The notes under the pieces: generated by a model | What the model saw: only the letters and a program-made list of their open reading frames with translations | The model's database searches: none | What the model was told of the DNA's origin: nothing | DNA from: Amphiscolops sp. MND2022 | Lineage: Eukaryota | Direction: 5' to 3' | Length of the DNA: 64,000 bases | NCBI GenBank assembly: GCA_964187785.1 | Contig: OZ076411.1 | Location: 37,882,001-37,946,000, forward strand | In this document: positions 50,302 through 62,841 of the stretch, piece after piece | How positions within the stretch are numbered: the stretch's first letter is position 1 | Layout of the letters: each line of letters starts with the position of its first letter | Position numbers and translations under genes: made by a program

Positions 50302-51777
50302 TACAGACAACGAAATTTCTGACGACGAAATTTCCGACGACGAAATTTCTGGTAATCGATCAAACCATGATTCGTCTGAATTCATACTGCGTTCATTATG
50401 GCAGACTGTGACAAGCTTTTTTTGTGAAGTAGGGAAACCGAATTGATAAAAAAAGGTCCATTGAAAACCATTTTTACTTCTTACCTGAGAAAAAAAATCA
50501 GAATCATCAATTGGAAAAGATATTCTCTGATGGAACTGTTTTTGCATAAAGGAATACTTTCAGTGTTTTAGTATGAAAAGTAACAAAATTATATAATTTT
50601 GTCAGACTTTAAAAAAATGAACGATTATGCGATTCTGTGGATTGTTTGGCACGCTTTTACTAGAAGAGTAATTGTCAGAACCATCTGGTGTTTTTTTGCT
50701 TCCACCTTTTCCTTTTGTCAGACATCATTCAAATAGCACGTTGTTCCACGAGCGAAACCAACATTCAATGGCTGTTTTAAAACAAATGTTATGTTTTTAT
50801 AGTTGCCATTTTCCGAGGTATTTTCCTCAGAATTATCAATTCGCGTTAAAAAATTCAGCGTTAGATTTTAACCACGTGGAAAGAAGTTATGGTTAATTCC
50901 AAAGGTGTATATTATTGAAGAATTTTCAGTCAGTCAGTCTATCTTGAAAGTCATGATTTTAATAAGTATCTAGCTGAATACTAGGCAACTGGAGTGGTAA
51001 CAGTTCTACAAGCTTCATGTCATTGAAAGTTCTTTTGCCAAACGTACCGTAGGCACAACTTATAAGCATCAATTTTCAAGTTTCTATTTGTTAAATTGAG
51101 CACGTTCAATGAGTTGCCACAATTCGCAAACATTACAATAACGACTCGTGTAAGCTTTTTTGCACTGATGGACATGCAAAACAACCATAGTAATACTGAA
51201 AGTTCAATTCGTTTGCGGTGCACGCAACTGTAAAACATAATTGAAAAACTAATTGTTCTCAAATGTTAAATATTAAATCTGGTAAAATTGATTGAGTTCT
51301 ACGCTTTCAAGCGTTTTATCTCGGAAACCATTGGTCGCAACGAAAAACACCTTCAACAAGTTTTGTACCTCTGACTTTGTTCTATAAATTTTCTGAAAAA
51401 AACTCGATAAATGCACTGCAAAGTGGTCACAAACTGCGAATGCTTCGAAATGTTCTCGAAATGTATTGATTCGACGGAGTCACAACTATTTTTGGCTGAT
51501 CATGAGATAATTTTCAGAGGAAGTGTTGAAGATTAAATTTGGAGACCAGTGTCAAGGCTACAAAAATGAATTTGTAAGGTTTTCTTTCTGGTCAGTAGTT
51601 TCCGAGAATTGCCGTATTGTTTTTGACAAATTTCATCTCTCTTGATAATAGAATTCGATATAACTTTTTATATTTTGGTAAGATTTCAGAAAAATACTGT
51701 TGTACTTTCGATCGAAATCTGAGACTTTTCTTAAATGCATATTCTAAGAAACAATTGTTTCTAAAAAAACAATTGTT

Positions 51778-51849
51778 TCCAAAGACAGCAAATATTGCAA
51801 GAGGAAGCGCATTAATGCGCTTCCTCCTGCAATATTTGCTGTCTTTGGA
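51778..51849. repeat. 72-bp loopless palindrome
   Basis: Arms CCAAAGACAGCAAATATTGCA(A/G)GAGGAAGCGCATT with one mismatch, centred on ATTAAT. Confidence 0.95.
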
Positions 51850-52288
51850 TTCTTGGCACCAAAGTGAAATAGAACTTCCAAGAGAAGGTTTACCTAAATA
51901 TTGTGGAAGTCTACTTGGTTCTTGATATCAATCGGTATTTTAATTAAGTAGTTTGAAAACCGGAACGAACGGTAAGCAAATATTTGTACTCGCAAAAAAT
52001 TTTTTTCGAAAAATTTGAGAGCAACAATGGGAAACTTGAGAATAAACTGAAAAACTCAACTAACGTTGCAAATTTCACAGTAATGAGAACGTCCTAGCTT
52101 ATATAAACTTTGCATGTTAAGGATTCCTCACCGAAGCTAGGATATTTTCAAAAAAGGAAAACTAGGGCGTCGTAGTCTGTACAATAGCATTTTGTAGTTC
52201 AACATTGCACAAAGTTCCAAACAACCATGCACCATGCGTGAAACGATTTCTCCAGTCACAAACTCATTTTCAAAATCAACTAAGTAGC

Positions 52289-53212
52289 TCACCTTATAAC
52301 CCCGTTTGATGAAAACTTGAGAGCTCCAATGAGAAGCTGTAGGTTGTGCACAGGGTCCATAATACGTAGTATCTCGGGGTCTTCTTTTGACAATTTTTTC
52401 AAAGGTTCCAAGAGTTTCATACTTTGCAGTTCATGCAAAACATATTTCTCAGAATATATAAGTTTAACGAAGCATGAAACTAGATGCATCGATGCTTTCA
52501 GTGGAAGCACTTCATCTCGAAGACTACGAACGAACAATGGGACTGCCCCAGAATTGATGTAATCTTTGGGGGCTTTCGGTACCTTCCAGATTATTATATC
52601 CAGGATGAAGGCAGAGCTGTTTTGGCAGTCAATTTGATCATGTTGGAGCAGCTCTAATGCTGTGGTACAAATGCCATCATTGAAGGCCACATTGGCCATT
52701 TCATTGGAGTCTTTGAGGATGTTTCCCAAAGCCATCGCCCCTAGACCTCTGATGGGCAGAGTTTCAGCTTGCGTTTTGACCACATTCAAAAGCAACTGGA
52801 TCCCGTTTCTGTCTATGAAACTTGCTTTGGCCTCAGGAAGGGTCACCAGATTTGCCAGTGTTCCCAGGAGCCACTTTCTGCAAATGGGATCCGCTCCTTC
52901 CGCATTTTTCAACTCCTCTACAAGATAATCAAGGACACCAGCTACGAAACATGCATGTTTACTTTCGGAAAGTTTGGACGTTATGTTAACAAATGTCCCA
53001 AGACATCGTTGCTTCAACTCCAGTCTTGAATCTTCTCGTAGTATTTGTAGTACAGGAATGACGACACCTTTCTTAACCAGAAAGGAACTAAATGTTGGAT
53101 TCCGTTTTGATCTATTTTCGATCTCTCGCATAATTTTGTAGACATCTTCACCGTTTTCGAGTTTAACGGCTAGTTTGCCCACTAACGCTGCTGCTAATTT
53201 ATCATCGGTCAT
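52289..53212 (-). CDS. armadillo-repeat protein, paralogue of 46929-47900
   Basis: Intact 307-codon ATG-started ORF; KKGVVIPVLQIL, RNGIQLLL, AMALGNIL, SGAVPLFV. Aligns by eye with the other ARM ORF. Confidence 0.88.
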   Translation of the reverse strand: MTDDKLAAALVGKLAVKLENGEDVYKIMREIENRSKRNPTFSSFLVKKGVVIPVLQILREDSRLELKQRCLGTFVNITSKLSESKHACFVAGVLDYLVEELKNAEGADPICRKWLLGTLANLVTLPEAKASFIDRNGIQLLLNVVKTQAETLPIRGLGAMALGNILKDSNEMANVAFNDGICTTALELLQHDQIDCQNSSAFILDIIIWKVPKAPKDYINSGAVPLFVRSLRDEVLPLKASMHLVSCFVKLIYSEKYVLHELQSMKLLEPLKKLSKEDPEILRIMDPVHNLQLLIGALKFSSNGVIR

Positions 53213-54289
53213 TGGTTAGTAGCATCTGAATAGCTTCAAATCTGATACTTCTCGAAATATACAATCAAAAAGTCTGACCACACTACTGTTTGATTCACAG
53301 CACCTTGATACGTTTATGCGAAGGCTTCAAAATACAAGCGTCACGTAATACAAAGTTTTCTAGTTCGCAGATAAAAACTTGAGATCGAACTAGCTATGAG
53401 ATGAATTTTTTGAGAAGCATAAAAACTAGCACTGCTTTGCGAGTTTTCGGTCGTTGTAGAATTGAAAACTTTAAAGTTATTCAAAAAGTAGATCCAGACA
53501 GATGAGACAGCTTAATTTGGTTAATTATGTTGTTGAGATTAGTTTGCTAGTACTTCGTTCTTATTGTACCATAATGAATCAAATTTTAAAATGATAACTT
53601 GAGTTTCTATTTTTTTCACAAACAAAGTTCTAGAAACTGGTATTTATATGAAAACCATGTCTAGACCAAATACTTGCAATATCTCACTAATTTGCAGCAA
53701 TATGCAAAAGTCAAAAATTCAAAACGCATGGTTTTTGTCCTATTGTAAGTGCACGTGCGACTAGAACATTTAAAAAACTGCGTGACAATAGTTTCCGGGA
53801 CATTTTTTGCAGTTCTGAAAAAACTCAAAACTTGATATTAGATATAGAATTGCAAACGTGGGAAAACTAAATCAAGACTTTGTCAGAATTACATACCTAA
53901 CAGAAACTTTAAAATAATTGTGGTCCTGAATGTTTCAGTTTTTTGCTAGCTTTTTTAAATGCTACTAAACATTGATCGATGGTTTGAACTAAAAATGAAA
54001 TTCTTCAACATCGAAAACGTTTCCACTTGCAACAAAAGTTGCTGCCCGTGGAACACTAAAATGTTTTTGCGCCTCAATGGCCAACAAAATTGATTCTCAG
54101 GGCGGAAAAACAAGAAACACGCTAAAGTCAACCATTTTGCCTCAAGATGCGAAAAAACGTCTAAAGTCCCGCACTGAGACTCCATGGCAGTTCCATCCCT
54201 GGCCAGGCCAGATTCATCGGTGGCAATCAACACTTTTAAAACATTTCAAAAAACGGCCGAAACTCACAACGGCCATTCTGGATGATCCA

Positions 54290-55900
54290 TGCGTGAGACC
54301 CACGTCCCGTGGTGTCTCTCAAATCAAAAGCGGACAGTGAGTCCTTTTTTGTGATCTTTGTTTTCAATCCGGATGTATTTTCCCTCTTTTCCTGGCTATT
54401 GGGGGACATGCTTGCTCCAGTGTCCCTATTTCCTGAAAATGACATCGAACTAACAATGTTTTGAATCTCTGGAATGACCCTTTCAGGTATGGCAGTGCTA
54501 ATAGCCCTGTTTATTGGTTATGCATCATGGACATCATTTAGTCCATTTTCTGGGACAATCTAAGATTAAACTCACTTGAAAAGGTCTCGACTGCTTGACA
54601 TCGTTTTGTCTAAATGAATCATTTTCGCAGGTGAAACCTCTATAATCATCCCTCTGGTGCATATTGGTCTCAATGTCCCTTGGACTGAAGATTGTTCAAT
54701 AGCATCAGCTAATTCTCTTTCTGTGGGATTGTTGTCCCCGTTACCTAAAATAACGTCTAAATTATTCATATCGGACATCATGTCCATCTCTCTGGATTTT
54801 CTAGCTTTTGTTTTCTGTCTTCTTGTGAAAGGCATAAATGTTTGTACTGGAGAAAATATTTGAATTCCTCCAATAAACTTTACAAACAATATAGTTGATA
54901 GAAATGTTTTCAGCGTACTTTCAAAACTATAAACTGTTGTAAATGAAGGTTATGGAAAACTGGTCCTTGGGACATTCAGTCCCTAATATTTATAGTCGCA
55001 CCACCATGACAATCAAATTTTGTGACGTCATCAGTTTATTTTTAGAATGACAGCACCTAAAAACAGCACCATAGTGACGTGTTGTTCTAATTTTAGTCAC
55101 CAAAGGGGTAGCGGCTTAAAAGGTTTACGTGGTCTTGAGGGCCACGTTAGTTATGGTTATGGAAAGCGCGTGCATGATATTTATATGTGAAATCAACATT
55201 GCATGTTTAGCAACGTATATTTTACATGAGGACTAGCAAACTAAGGGTCCGTTTATTAGGCATGACTGAGGGGTTTCAAACTGTGCTTTTTAGGCCTCCA
55301 AGGGTATTTTACTTTCAAGTAGCGCGTTTTGTTAAATGAATGAGCATCAAACAGCAACTTTATTCAAAGTTGGACACAGTGTCCAAATGCTGCACCTCGT
55401 ACATTAAAATAAACAAGGCAGCGACGCATCGCCATTCAGTCCAATTATAGTACAGTGTTGAGTATTATTAGAATACTGCACTCTGATTGGTCTAAATTGC
55501 AACCAGACTGAGTAACCAACGCGACAGGAGAGGAATTATTCGAACGCGTTTCCTCTACCTGTACGCCTTGGTGTCCAATTATCAACAAATTCAAATAACT
55601 TTACATGCTTTAAAATATCAAATCAATACCAAATCAACTAAATAAGCATTGTAACATGTTAAAGATCGATTATATGCAGTAACTTATGCAGGTATAAGGT
55701 CGAATTAGTTACAAATGAAGTATTAAATGAACTAGAATAAAATATAGTATCATAAGAGTTTCATAGTTTTGAGTCTCTAATTCAGTGGAATTGTGCCGGG
55801 CAGGGCTTGCTGGTATTTATAGCTTACAGAATACCAGTTTCCATCGCCCGCGACACCATGATACACCCCTCGCCATCGATGGAATGCCGTTGAATCTCAG
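54290..55900 (-). mobile_element. LTR-like unit, family A copy 3 (internal deletion near 54572)
   Basis: ORF from 54835 MPFTRRQKTKARKSREMDMMSDMNNLDVILG, continuing RAISTAIPERVIPEIQ...GRGSH and ending CTCACGCA at 54290. Left boundary in element orientation is approximate. Confidence 0.6.
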
Positions 55901-56699
55901 TACAGGGTTAGGCAAAATGGTTTGATAGGCAATCTCAAGTATTTGACATATATCACATCAATTAGCTGAAATAGCCATGACACAGGTCATGAGAGGCTTG
56001 TATATGATCCCCTGAATTAAAAAAACTCTTTCTGATAGGGAGCAAGTACGTGCTTATCTAAAGCAAAGAAGACATTACTAAACAACATATGCAGTGCAAT
56101 TCGTTTATCGAATTCTCTTTACAAATCGTATGTTTGATAAAGTGAATAAGGAAAACGATATGAACTTTAAGCAATAATTGAAAACATCGAAAGACTTTGA
56201 TGTCTTTTCTACGAATTGCTATCAACGTGATTCCAACCTTTGCACTATAGCCAATGAGTGTATGCAAATAGGAAAATTTGAAGTTATCACGTTCTTCTTT
56301 GATGTTCTTCTTGTTTTCAACTCGTTCCAGTTTTTTCCCATATAATTCAAAGATAGACTTTCATTCACCTTTCATGCATCATTAAGAGTTAGGCTCCAGA
56401 GATGTTTGAAACTCATTTTGCAAAAAAAACTTTTGATAAACTCGGAGAAAAAACTGGGAATGACGGACACGAGAGGCCTGATAGCACTAGGACTTTTTTG
56501 TATCCTAGTGCAATCGTTTACCGAAAGGCCGGCCAACAACCAGGAATAACAATGGTCTCAAAAAAGTTACTCTGGGAACCCTACTGAAAAGAATGCTTTT
56601 ATATCGTTGAGGTCTAGTTCATAAACTAAATGTCTAGCTTTTGGTAGTTTTGAACTAAAGGAAACTTCATTTTATTGAATGTTGTATAATGATGTCACA

Positions 56700-59530
56700 G
56701 GGTATGAAGTCAAACATCTACAACCTGTTGTAGCGAACTCTGACAGCACTCTAAACTGAATTTTGTTACAGTTTTACAGTATACTGATAAATACAGGCCA
56801 TGTTGTTTTCTGCGAGTTTCAATGCAAGAATAACTAGCATGTTTGAGAGTATTCAGCGGAGAGTTCCCCCTGAGCTGCAAAAAGACTTCACCTATCATTC
56901 CACCGAAGTAAAGTTCAAATGCTGTGAGATTCTGAATTTGGTCAGAACAACAGTTGAGATTTAAGTAAAAAACCAATCGTTCGAAGTATTCGTCGTTGAA
57001 GTTTTTCTATCAATTTCACATTTGTTTTAGCCGCACTTCCTAATACTAGCAAACCATATGTGATATGAGACCTGGCATATGCTTGCTAGAAAATCAACAA
57101 AGGTCCTATTGGATACAAATGCCTCACTTTGTACAACACACCGGAAAACTTATTGGTCTTTTGGACAGCATGAGCAACATGGTTGATGAAAATTTGTTTG
57201 CCAAATAAACCCAAGTTACTTGGCAGTCCAGCCTCAAAATTCATTTTTTCACACTTGTCTGTATAGTCAGTTTATTGTAACAGAACCATCCACTTACTTT
57301 ACAAGATCAGTTTGGAGATTCAATTGAATACCTTTATCGGCTTTTATTATGGATGTGTCGTTCTGCGAACTTGGCCATTCTTCTTGGATCATTGATTTAT
57401 CAAGAATGGACAAGACGGGAACGTCCAAAGTCGGCGCTATATCAAAGGTTCAAAAAGCGCAAAGTTTTCAAAACTGTAACACGGGAACCCTTTCGACTTT
57501 TTCAAAATCCAATTTGTTGCAAAATGTCAAAAATTGAAGGGTAGACTTTTTGGAGACATTAAAAAAAACCCCAAAAAAATTTTTTGAAAAACGTTTTTGA
57601 AAATAAACGAAAAAAGACAATTTTGAAACAGTCTCATAATGCCGAAAAACTAGAACGGGGAGACCTTTGGGCTTTTTGAAACTTCAGTTTGCTGCAAAAT
57701 ATCAACAAACGTGAAGGGGGACCCTTTGGCGACAAACAAAAATTCGAAAAAAAGTCGCACAGTGCCTGAAAAATTTCAAAGGGTTGACCCTATAGTCCCG
57801 TCTGGTTTTGTACCTTACGTTAAAAACTGAGTAAAAGAAAGAGGGACCATTTGCACTAGCTTAGATGCGTTTCCACATGCGGGTCCAGCAGTTTAGTAGT
57901 TCTGTAGAAAAAGTGTCCACTACGCATACATTCTGTTATCTGCCGACAAAAAAGAGAAAAAAAACTTGCCACTGTAATAGTCCAACTCAGTTTGTTAAAT
58001 GGCACCGACTAAAACCGTTTCAGACTTGAACCTTGTGGCACAAATGTAGTGATTTTGAGAATGTTGGAATGTTTATTTGAGGCGTTTGCAAACTTCGATC
58101 TGTCATTTAAACAATTTTTGTAAGTTTCAAACGCAGGCCACTCAAAAACCTTTTTCAAATCGATTGAACAGACCTTGCCGGGTGGCTTTTTAACAATTTG
58201 ATTCCCTATAAAATCCGTGACCTGACCGATTACACACACAACAGTTTAGATCTGAACCAGAATTGGACAGTTGAGAACAGAATAAGTTTGGTTAAAATGT
58301 TGGCCTTTCTTTTCAATTGAATTGATTCTTAAACCTTGCTAAGTCACTTCAATAGACTGATTGGTCGATAAATGCCAGGACCATCATGGTCATCTTTTTT
58401 TTGCATGCATTTAATTTTAACAATTTTGAGGCAGGCCAGAAATTGGCGTCCAGTAATACTCTTGTTTATCGCAATAGTATTGTATGTAAATATTACAGGT
58501 TAGCAACGTTCCAGTATTGGATTTTTGATTCTATCGTGACCTTTTATTTTTCAACCTCCGCATAATGTTTTGACTTTTTTCATAAATGGTAAGTGTCAGC
58601 ACAATCGATTTTTTGTTGCATAAAACTTCTGGCTCTAATGCTTAGTCACTGGATATGTTAGTATTGCTAGCAGACAGATTGGGTCCAATGGATGTAAAGA
58701 TTTTTCAATTTTTCAAAATAAGGACTAAATGGGGTGGGTTGGTTTGCTCTCATGTGGCTTTTCAACTTCCTATAAACTTTTTTAGAAATTGGATTTCCCT
58801 CTAGCTCAGCAAAATTTCCTTTACGTTTTGCAGCTCAATTTTCTTGGGTCCCAAGTTTCGTTGACGACGATAATTTTTTGAATTTGTTAATTGGGTTTTG
58901 TGATTCATTTTTGAGAAAGATCGGATTTTTTTACTTAATGAGTTTTTGATCTTGTTTGTATTTGAGTCTTGGTTTGAATTTTGTCGAAGGAATTTCCTTC
59001 TAAGATGCAAAGCCATCAACACGTAACATCATCTTCTATGAGGTATTTTCGAACAAGTTATCGTTCTCGCATTCTAAATGTTTACGCTTTTGAACGAGAT
59101 GAAAACATAATAGGGAAATATTCCTGTTCAAAATTCTGGAGGATTTCTGACCATGGGGTTTTCTTCGTTCCAAATGTGACCTTGATGAAGAATCAAAAAA
59201 GTCTGAGAAGCACAGTAAAATGATCACTTGGTTGTTTTGAGGGTTTCTTATTTCAAGTCATTTCAGGGAAACGTATGGTCCAGGCATGCTGAAGATGTGA
59301 GCGTTACACGAGTCGGTTGATGATTTCGTCAAGTAAAATCAAGGAATCAAAACCCTGATAAAGTTATTGTAGTCTGATTTGTTTTTACTGTCTTTTATGG
59401 TGTATATATTAAAGTCACCAAAAATGAGTGTATCTTATTTCAGAGAACGTAGGAACGAAAAAAATTCCTCGAAATTGGACCTAAGTTTGGGTAGTTTGAA
59501 GGAGTGAGGGATGTATACCAAACAGACGTT
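56700..59530 (-). mobile_element. second LINE, ORF2 remnants, interrupted by the repeat at 57410-58014
   Basis: TLIFGDFN at about 59405-59431; SIDLKKVF...VPQGS at 58010-58240; NHVAHAVQKTNKFSGVLY and SHITYG...LQRRILR at 56960-57230. Confidence 0.7.
57410..58014. mobile_element. inverted, diverged copy of the 45301-45990 repeat
   Basis: Both termini match the reverse complement of the 45301-45990 termini. Confidence 0.7.
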
Positions 59531-61249
59531 TCCACAATTGAACTTCACTTCGATAAGCTTTTCAATCTCTGAAGTCAAATCAAGTCTTCTTTATTTCAGA
59601 CTTGACTCGATGTAAAATTCTAGGTCGTCTCGTGTTTCGCTCTTTCTTCTCGGTTTTGATTCAATAGGATGATAGTTTCCAAATTATAGGGGTTTTTGAG
59701 CTCTTTTTTGTGCTCTTTGCGTGTGTCGCTTCGGCGTCCCTTGAAAGTAACCAAGATTCCCTTATACATGTTATCTTAGGTTGAACGGTACATTTCTTCA
59801 AAATATATTTCACTCATCGTGATGAAATCGCAAAAACTGTATAATATTTCATAATAAAAGGTTTTTAGTTTTGTGACAGAAATTATTCGCTAATAGGTTA
59901 GTTGAAAGTGCTATTATTGTTTACAAGTGACGAGCAGCCAACTAATTACCATCTATTTTACTGTTGTTCAGTTTTTCCCATGAGTATTATCATAGGTTGA
60001 ATATCCGTTGAGAATGAGGTTTTGTCAATTGAATTTTCAGTTTCTAAGTTTTGTTTGGTCGAACGGTGGACTGTACCTGACCCACGAACAGATGGTGTTT
60101 ATTTTGTTGTCTATTTGATAGCTTTGTGTTGCAAGTCTTCAACGGCTTTAACACCATTGACTGGTTTAGACATTTTCCCATTTTCTGTTGAAACAAAGTG
60201 TTTAATCCGACCGATGTATATTGTTTTATTCAAAATCAAATCCTTTGCTTTTCTTTGTATTTCAGGTCATGCTTAGGAGAACGCTCCTTTTCATAAACAA
60301 ATTTTTCTTTGAAATTTGGATTTTTGAAAATTTGCCAGCGTCGTGTATTATTCTCTTTTTCATCGTAAAAGTATAGAAACGTTACAATAACAGGTGGTGG
60401 TGAGCCAACGCTCCACCTAGATAAAGAATGCCAGGCTTCAATCGAGGCTGCAGTTAATTTGTTAGATGAAGCATTGTCAAAGAAGAACAATTTTTGACCC
60501 AATAAGTTGATATTTTGGAATTTCGAAACATCTTTAAAAAACTTTAAACATATTTTTAAACAAGCAGTTTGAGACAAATCACAAAAAAGTTAATCGAAAC
60601 AATTAACAGCTTAGGCCAATTCCTTGCACAATTGAAATAAAGGGCGCTGCAGGTTAACCCAAGGTTGTGTAACAGGCTCTAAACATTCAAAACAAAACCC
60701 AAGGATCCACCTTTGGGGTTTTTCTCACTATGCGACTTTTTCCAACTGATGTTTTTATTGGTATTTTCAGTTTTCAAGATGCGTTTGTCAAACCTATTGG
60801 TCCCTTTGAGTAATTGCAGTTTCTCCCTTCAAATTTTCGAAAGTTTTTAGTCATTTTCTTTAAAGTTTGAACTATTTCATCGTTGGTTTTATTGGCATTG
60901 TCATATTCGAATTTTTTTCTCACCGATTAGACCTTTTTCACTGGGCTCCAGTTTTCATCTAATCAGTGTCGAACTTCTGTATCGACTTTTAATTCTTTTC
61001 AAATTGAAAAATTGAACCTTGAGAAAAAATTTTCTAATATAGCGTTCAGAATTCAATAGAGCGTTTGTGGAAAAAATCAAATTATCTGCTGATTGAAAGT
61101 ATACTATAGGTATATAATTATGGATTTAGTATAACAATGTAAATTCCACGATATCTGATACAATGCTCTGGTTGTCATTCGATGAAAAAATAGACACTTT
61201 TGAACTTTTAAACACTTTATATAATTTTCGCCATCAAAATGCTACAAAT

Positions 61250-62293
61250 TCAGTTCCATTCGTCCACGAAAGGTACCACGGTAACTTTTTGGGGACATTC
61301 GACCAGCGAAGCATAGGGCAAAGCTATATAAATCTCGAATTCTCCCAAACCATTTTGATCAGTTGGTCCAAAACATCGAAGTATGAAACTGTATTTTCCA
61401 TTGAGGCTCGTGATGTTAGCAATACTTATGACGTCATCCATGTGAAACCATCCCTGAGGACAGTCTTTGCAATCTTCTGCTCGACAAAGCCCGGGTATTC
61501 TTGTCCTGTTTAGTAACGATTCCGGGTTGTCCCAATTAGGCAGTCCTACTGAAAACAATACAGATCCGGTCACACATTTCATCCACGCCGCGAATCGAAC
61601 ATTACTCGCTGCGCCCGAACATGCCACTGGTAAATGAATTGCCGCTTCCTGCTTATCAACTCGTTCACCTGATATACGCAAAATGTTTCCATCAGATATG
61701 GAATGCCATCCTGTTGAAAGTCCTCCCCGGGATATCCTGGGTCCCATACAGTAGGTGTCAAAAAAGACAGGTTGTATCTGATTGGCTAAATGACTTTCTG
61801 ACGGTCGTATCGAGTTCGCTGGTTGTTCACGACTAAAACACCCTTCAAAGCCTTGGGTGAATGGGTGTACCGCTTTGCATTCTATTTTACCACCTGTTAG
61901 CCATGCGCAAACCTCAAATCCACGTGGGTTGCCAGAGGGGCCAACAATTCGCATCAAAGAGTTTTTGATCAAATTAGGGGATACAGGCACTCTCGACAAT
62001 TTTGAACCAAATTCCTTCCTCGTTTCATTCAAAGTTCTTTCTAGGTTAAAAATTCTCGAATGAATTTCACTCATTTCGGTTCTTTCTTGAGAGCCGATTG
62101 AAGTCGAGCAAGTGCCTTCTTTTTCATCTTTTGTTTCTATTTTCAATAAAACTGCTTCCATCTGGGCTGATAAATTTGACAACTTCAATTCAAACTCGAT
62201 TAGTTTGTTTGAGCAATCAGAAATCTCATCTGATTCCCAATTATCTCCCAATGTTTGTGAAGTTTCAATGGGGTCAATTTGAATTGGGGTCTC
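61250..62293 (-). CDS. coiled coil plus uncharacterised C-terminal domain (probable exon 2)
   Basis: Intact frame of more than 333 codons. It has no ATG at its start and begins right after a pyrimidine-rich AAG/GAG acceptor at 62294. Heptad-rich N-terminal part, then NLIKNSLM...AVHPFTQGFEG...GPRISRGGLSTGW. Confidence 0.8.
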   Translation of the reverse strand, partial: ETPIQIDPIETSQTLGDNWESDEISDCSNKLIEFELKLSNLSAQMEAVLLKIETKDEKEGTCSTSIGSQERTEMSEIHSRIFNLERTLNETRKEFGSKLSRVPVSPNLIKNSLMRIVGPSGNPRGFEVCAWLTGGKIECKAVHPFTQGFEGCFSREQPANSIRPSESHLANQIQPVFFDTYCMGPRISRGGLSTGWHSISDGNILRISGERVDKQEAAIHLPVACSGAASNVRFAAWMKCVTGSVLFSVGLPNWDNPESLLNRTRIPGLCRAEDCKDCPQGWFHMDDVISIANITSLNGKYSFILRCFGPTDQNGLGEFEIYIALPYASLVECPQKVTVVPFVDEWN

Positions 62294-62556
62294 CTTTTAA
62301 CAAGGATGTGAAATAAGGAATTTGGTAATTTTTAAATACAAATAGCAAGTTTACTGGATTTCAAATGTGAACTTTTTTCAAGAAACAATTATCTGGCTCC
62401 CGGAAAGGTTTCTTTGTGATCAATGCATTATAGTTTCCTTAAATGAATTTCGAGATCAAAGCTAGTTTCACAGTAATCGAGTATTCTTTAGAAAATTCGG
62501 TTAGCTAAAATGAAATTTTAGCTGACCAACTAAGAGACCGATAGCGCAATAGATCT

Positions 62557-62841
62557 TCAACATCCCTGTACACATGTTTGCGTCACATGATCATCATATT
62601 CCGGAGGTGGTTCCCTCAGCTGCAGTGACTCCCCTGTCGACACTGTGTCCAAGCAAGTAATCAAAGCCCCGTCTGCGTCCTTCAGAACACTGGGATAATA
62701 ACCGCACACTTCCGATATCTTTTGTTTGAACAATGTAAATCCTTCATTATTGGGCAGAGACCTCCAATGGGCCTTTATGGGGACCCGGTAGCTGTCGCCT
62801 CTTCCGCTTTTCACTACTGCGTAGTCAACGTTAACAGCCAT
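62557..62841 (-). CDS. small KHA/ubiquitin-like domain (probable exon 1 of the 61250 gene)
   Basis: ATG start; FKQKISEVCGYYPSVLKDADGALITCLDTVSTGESLQL resembles the KHA (DUF3354) pattern. Two weak phase-0 donors (GTGACG, GTACAG) lie before its stop. Confidence 0.6.
   Translation of the reverse strand: MAVNVDYAVVKSGRGDSYRVPIKAHWRSLPNNEGFTLFKQKISEVCGYYPSVLKDADGALITCLDTVSTGESLQLREPPPEYDDHVTQTCVQGC

Noticed and set aside
50071-50547. Repetitive ORFs (ARSFKEKISLQDL...)
   Set aside because: They are translations of the 29-bp MITE array in several frames.
60022-60577. Possible GIY-YIG/Penelope fragment (IYIG) or host exons
   Set aside because: A single short motif with stops nearby and no supporting RT or splice pattern.
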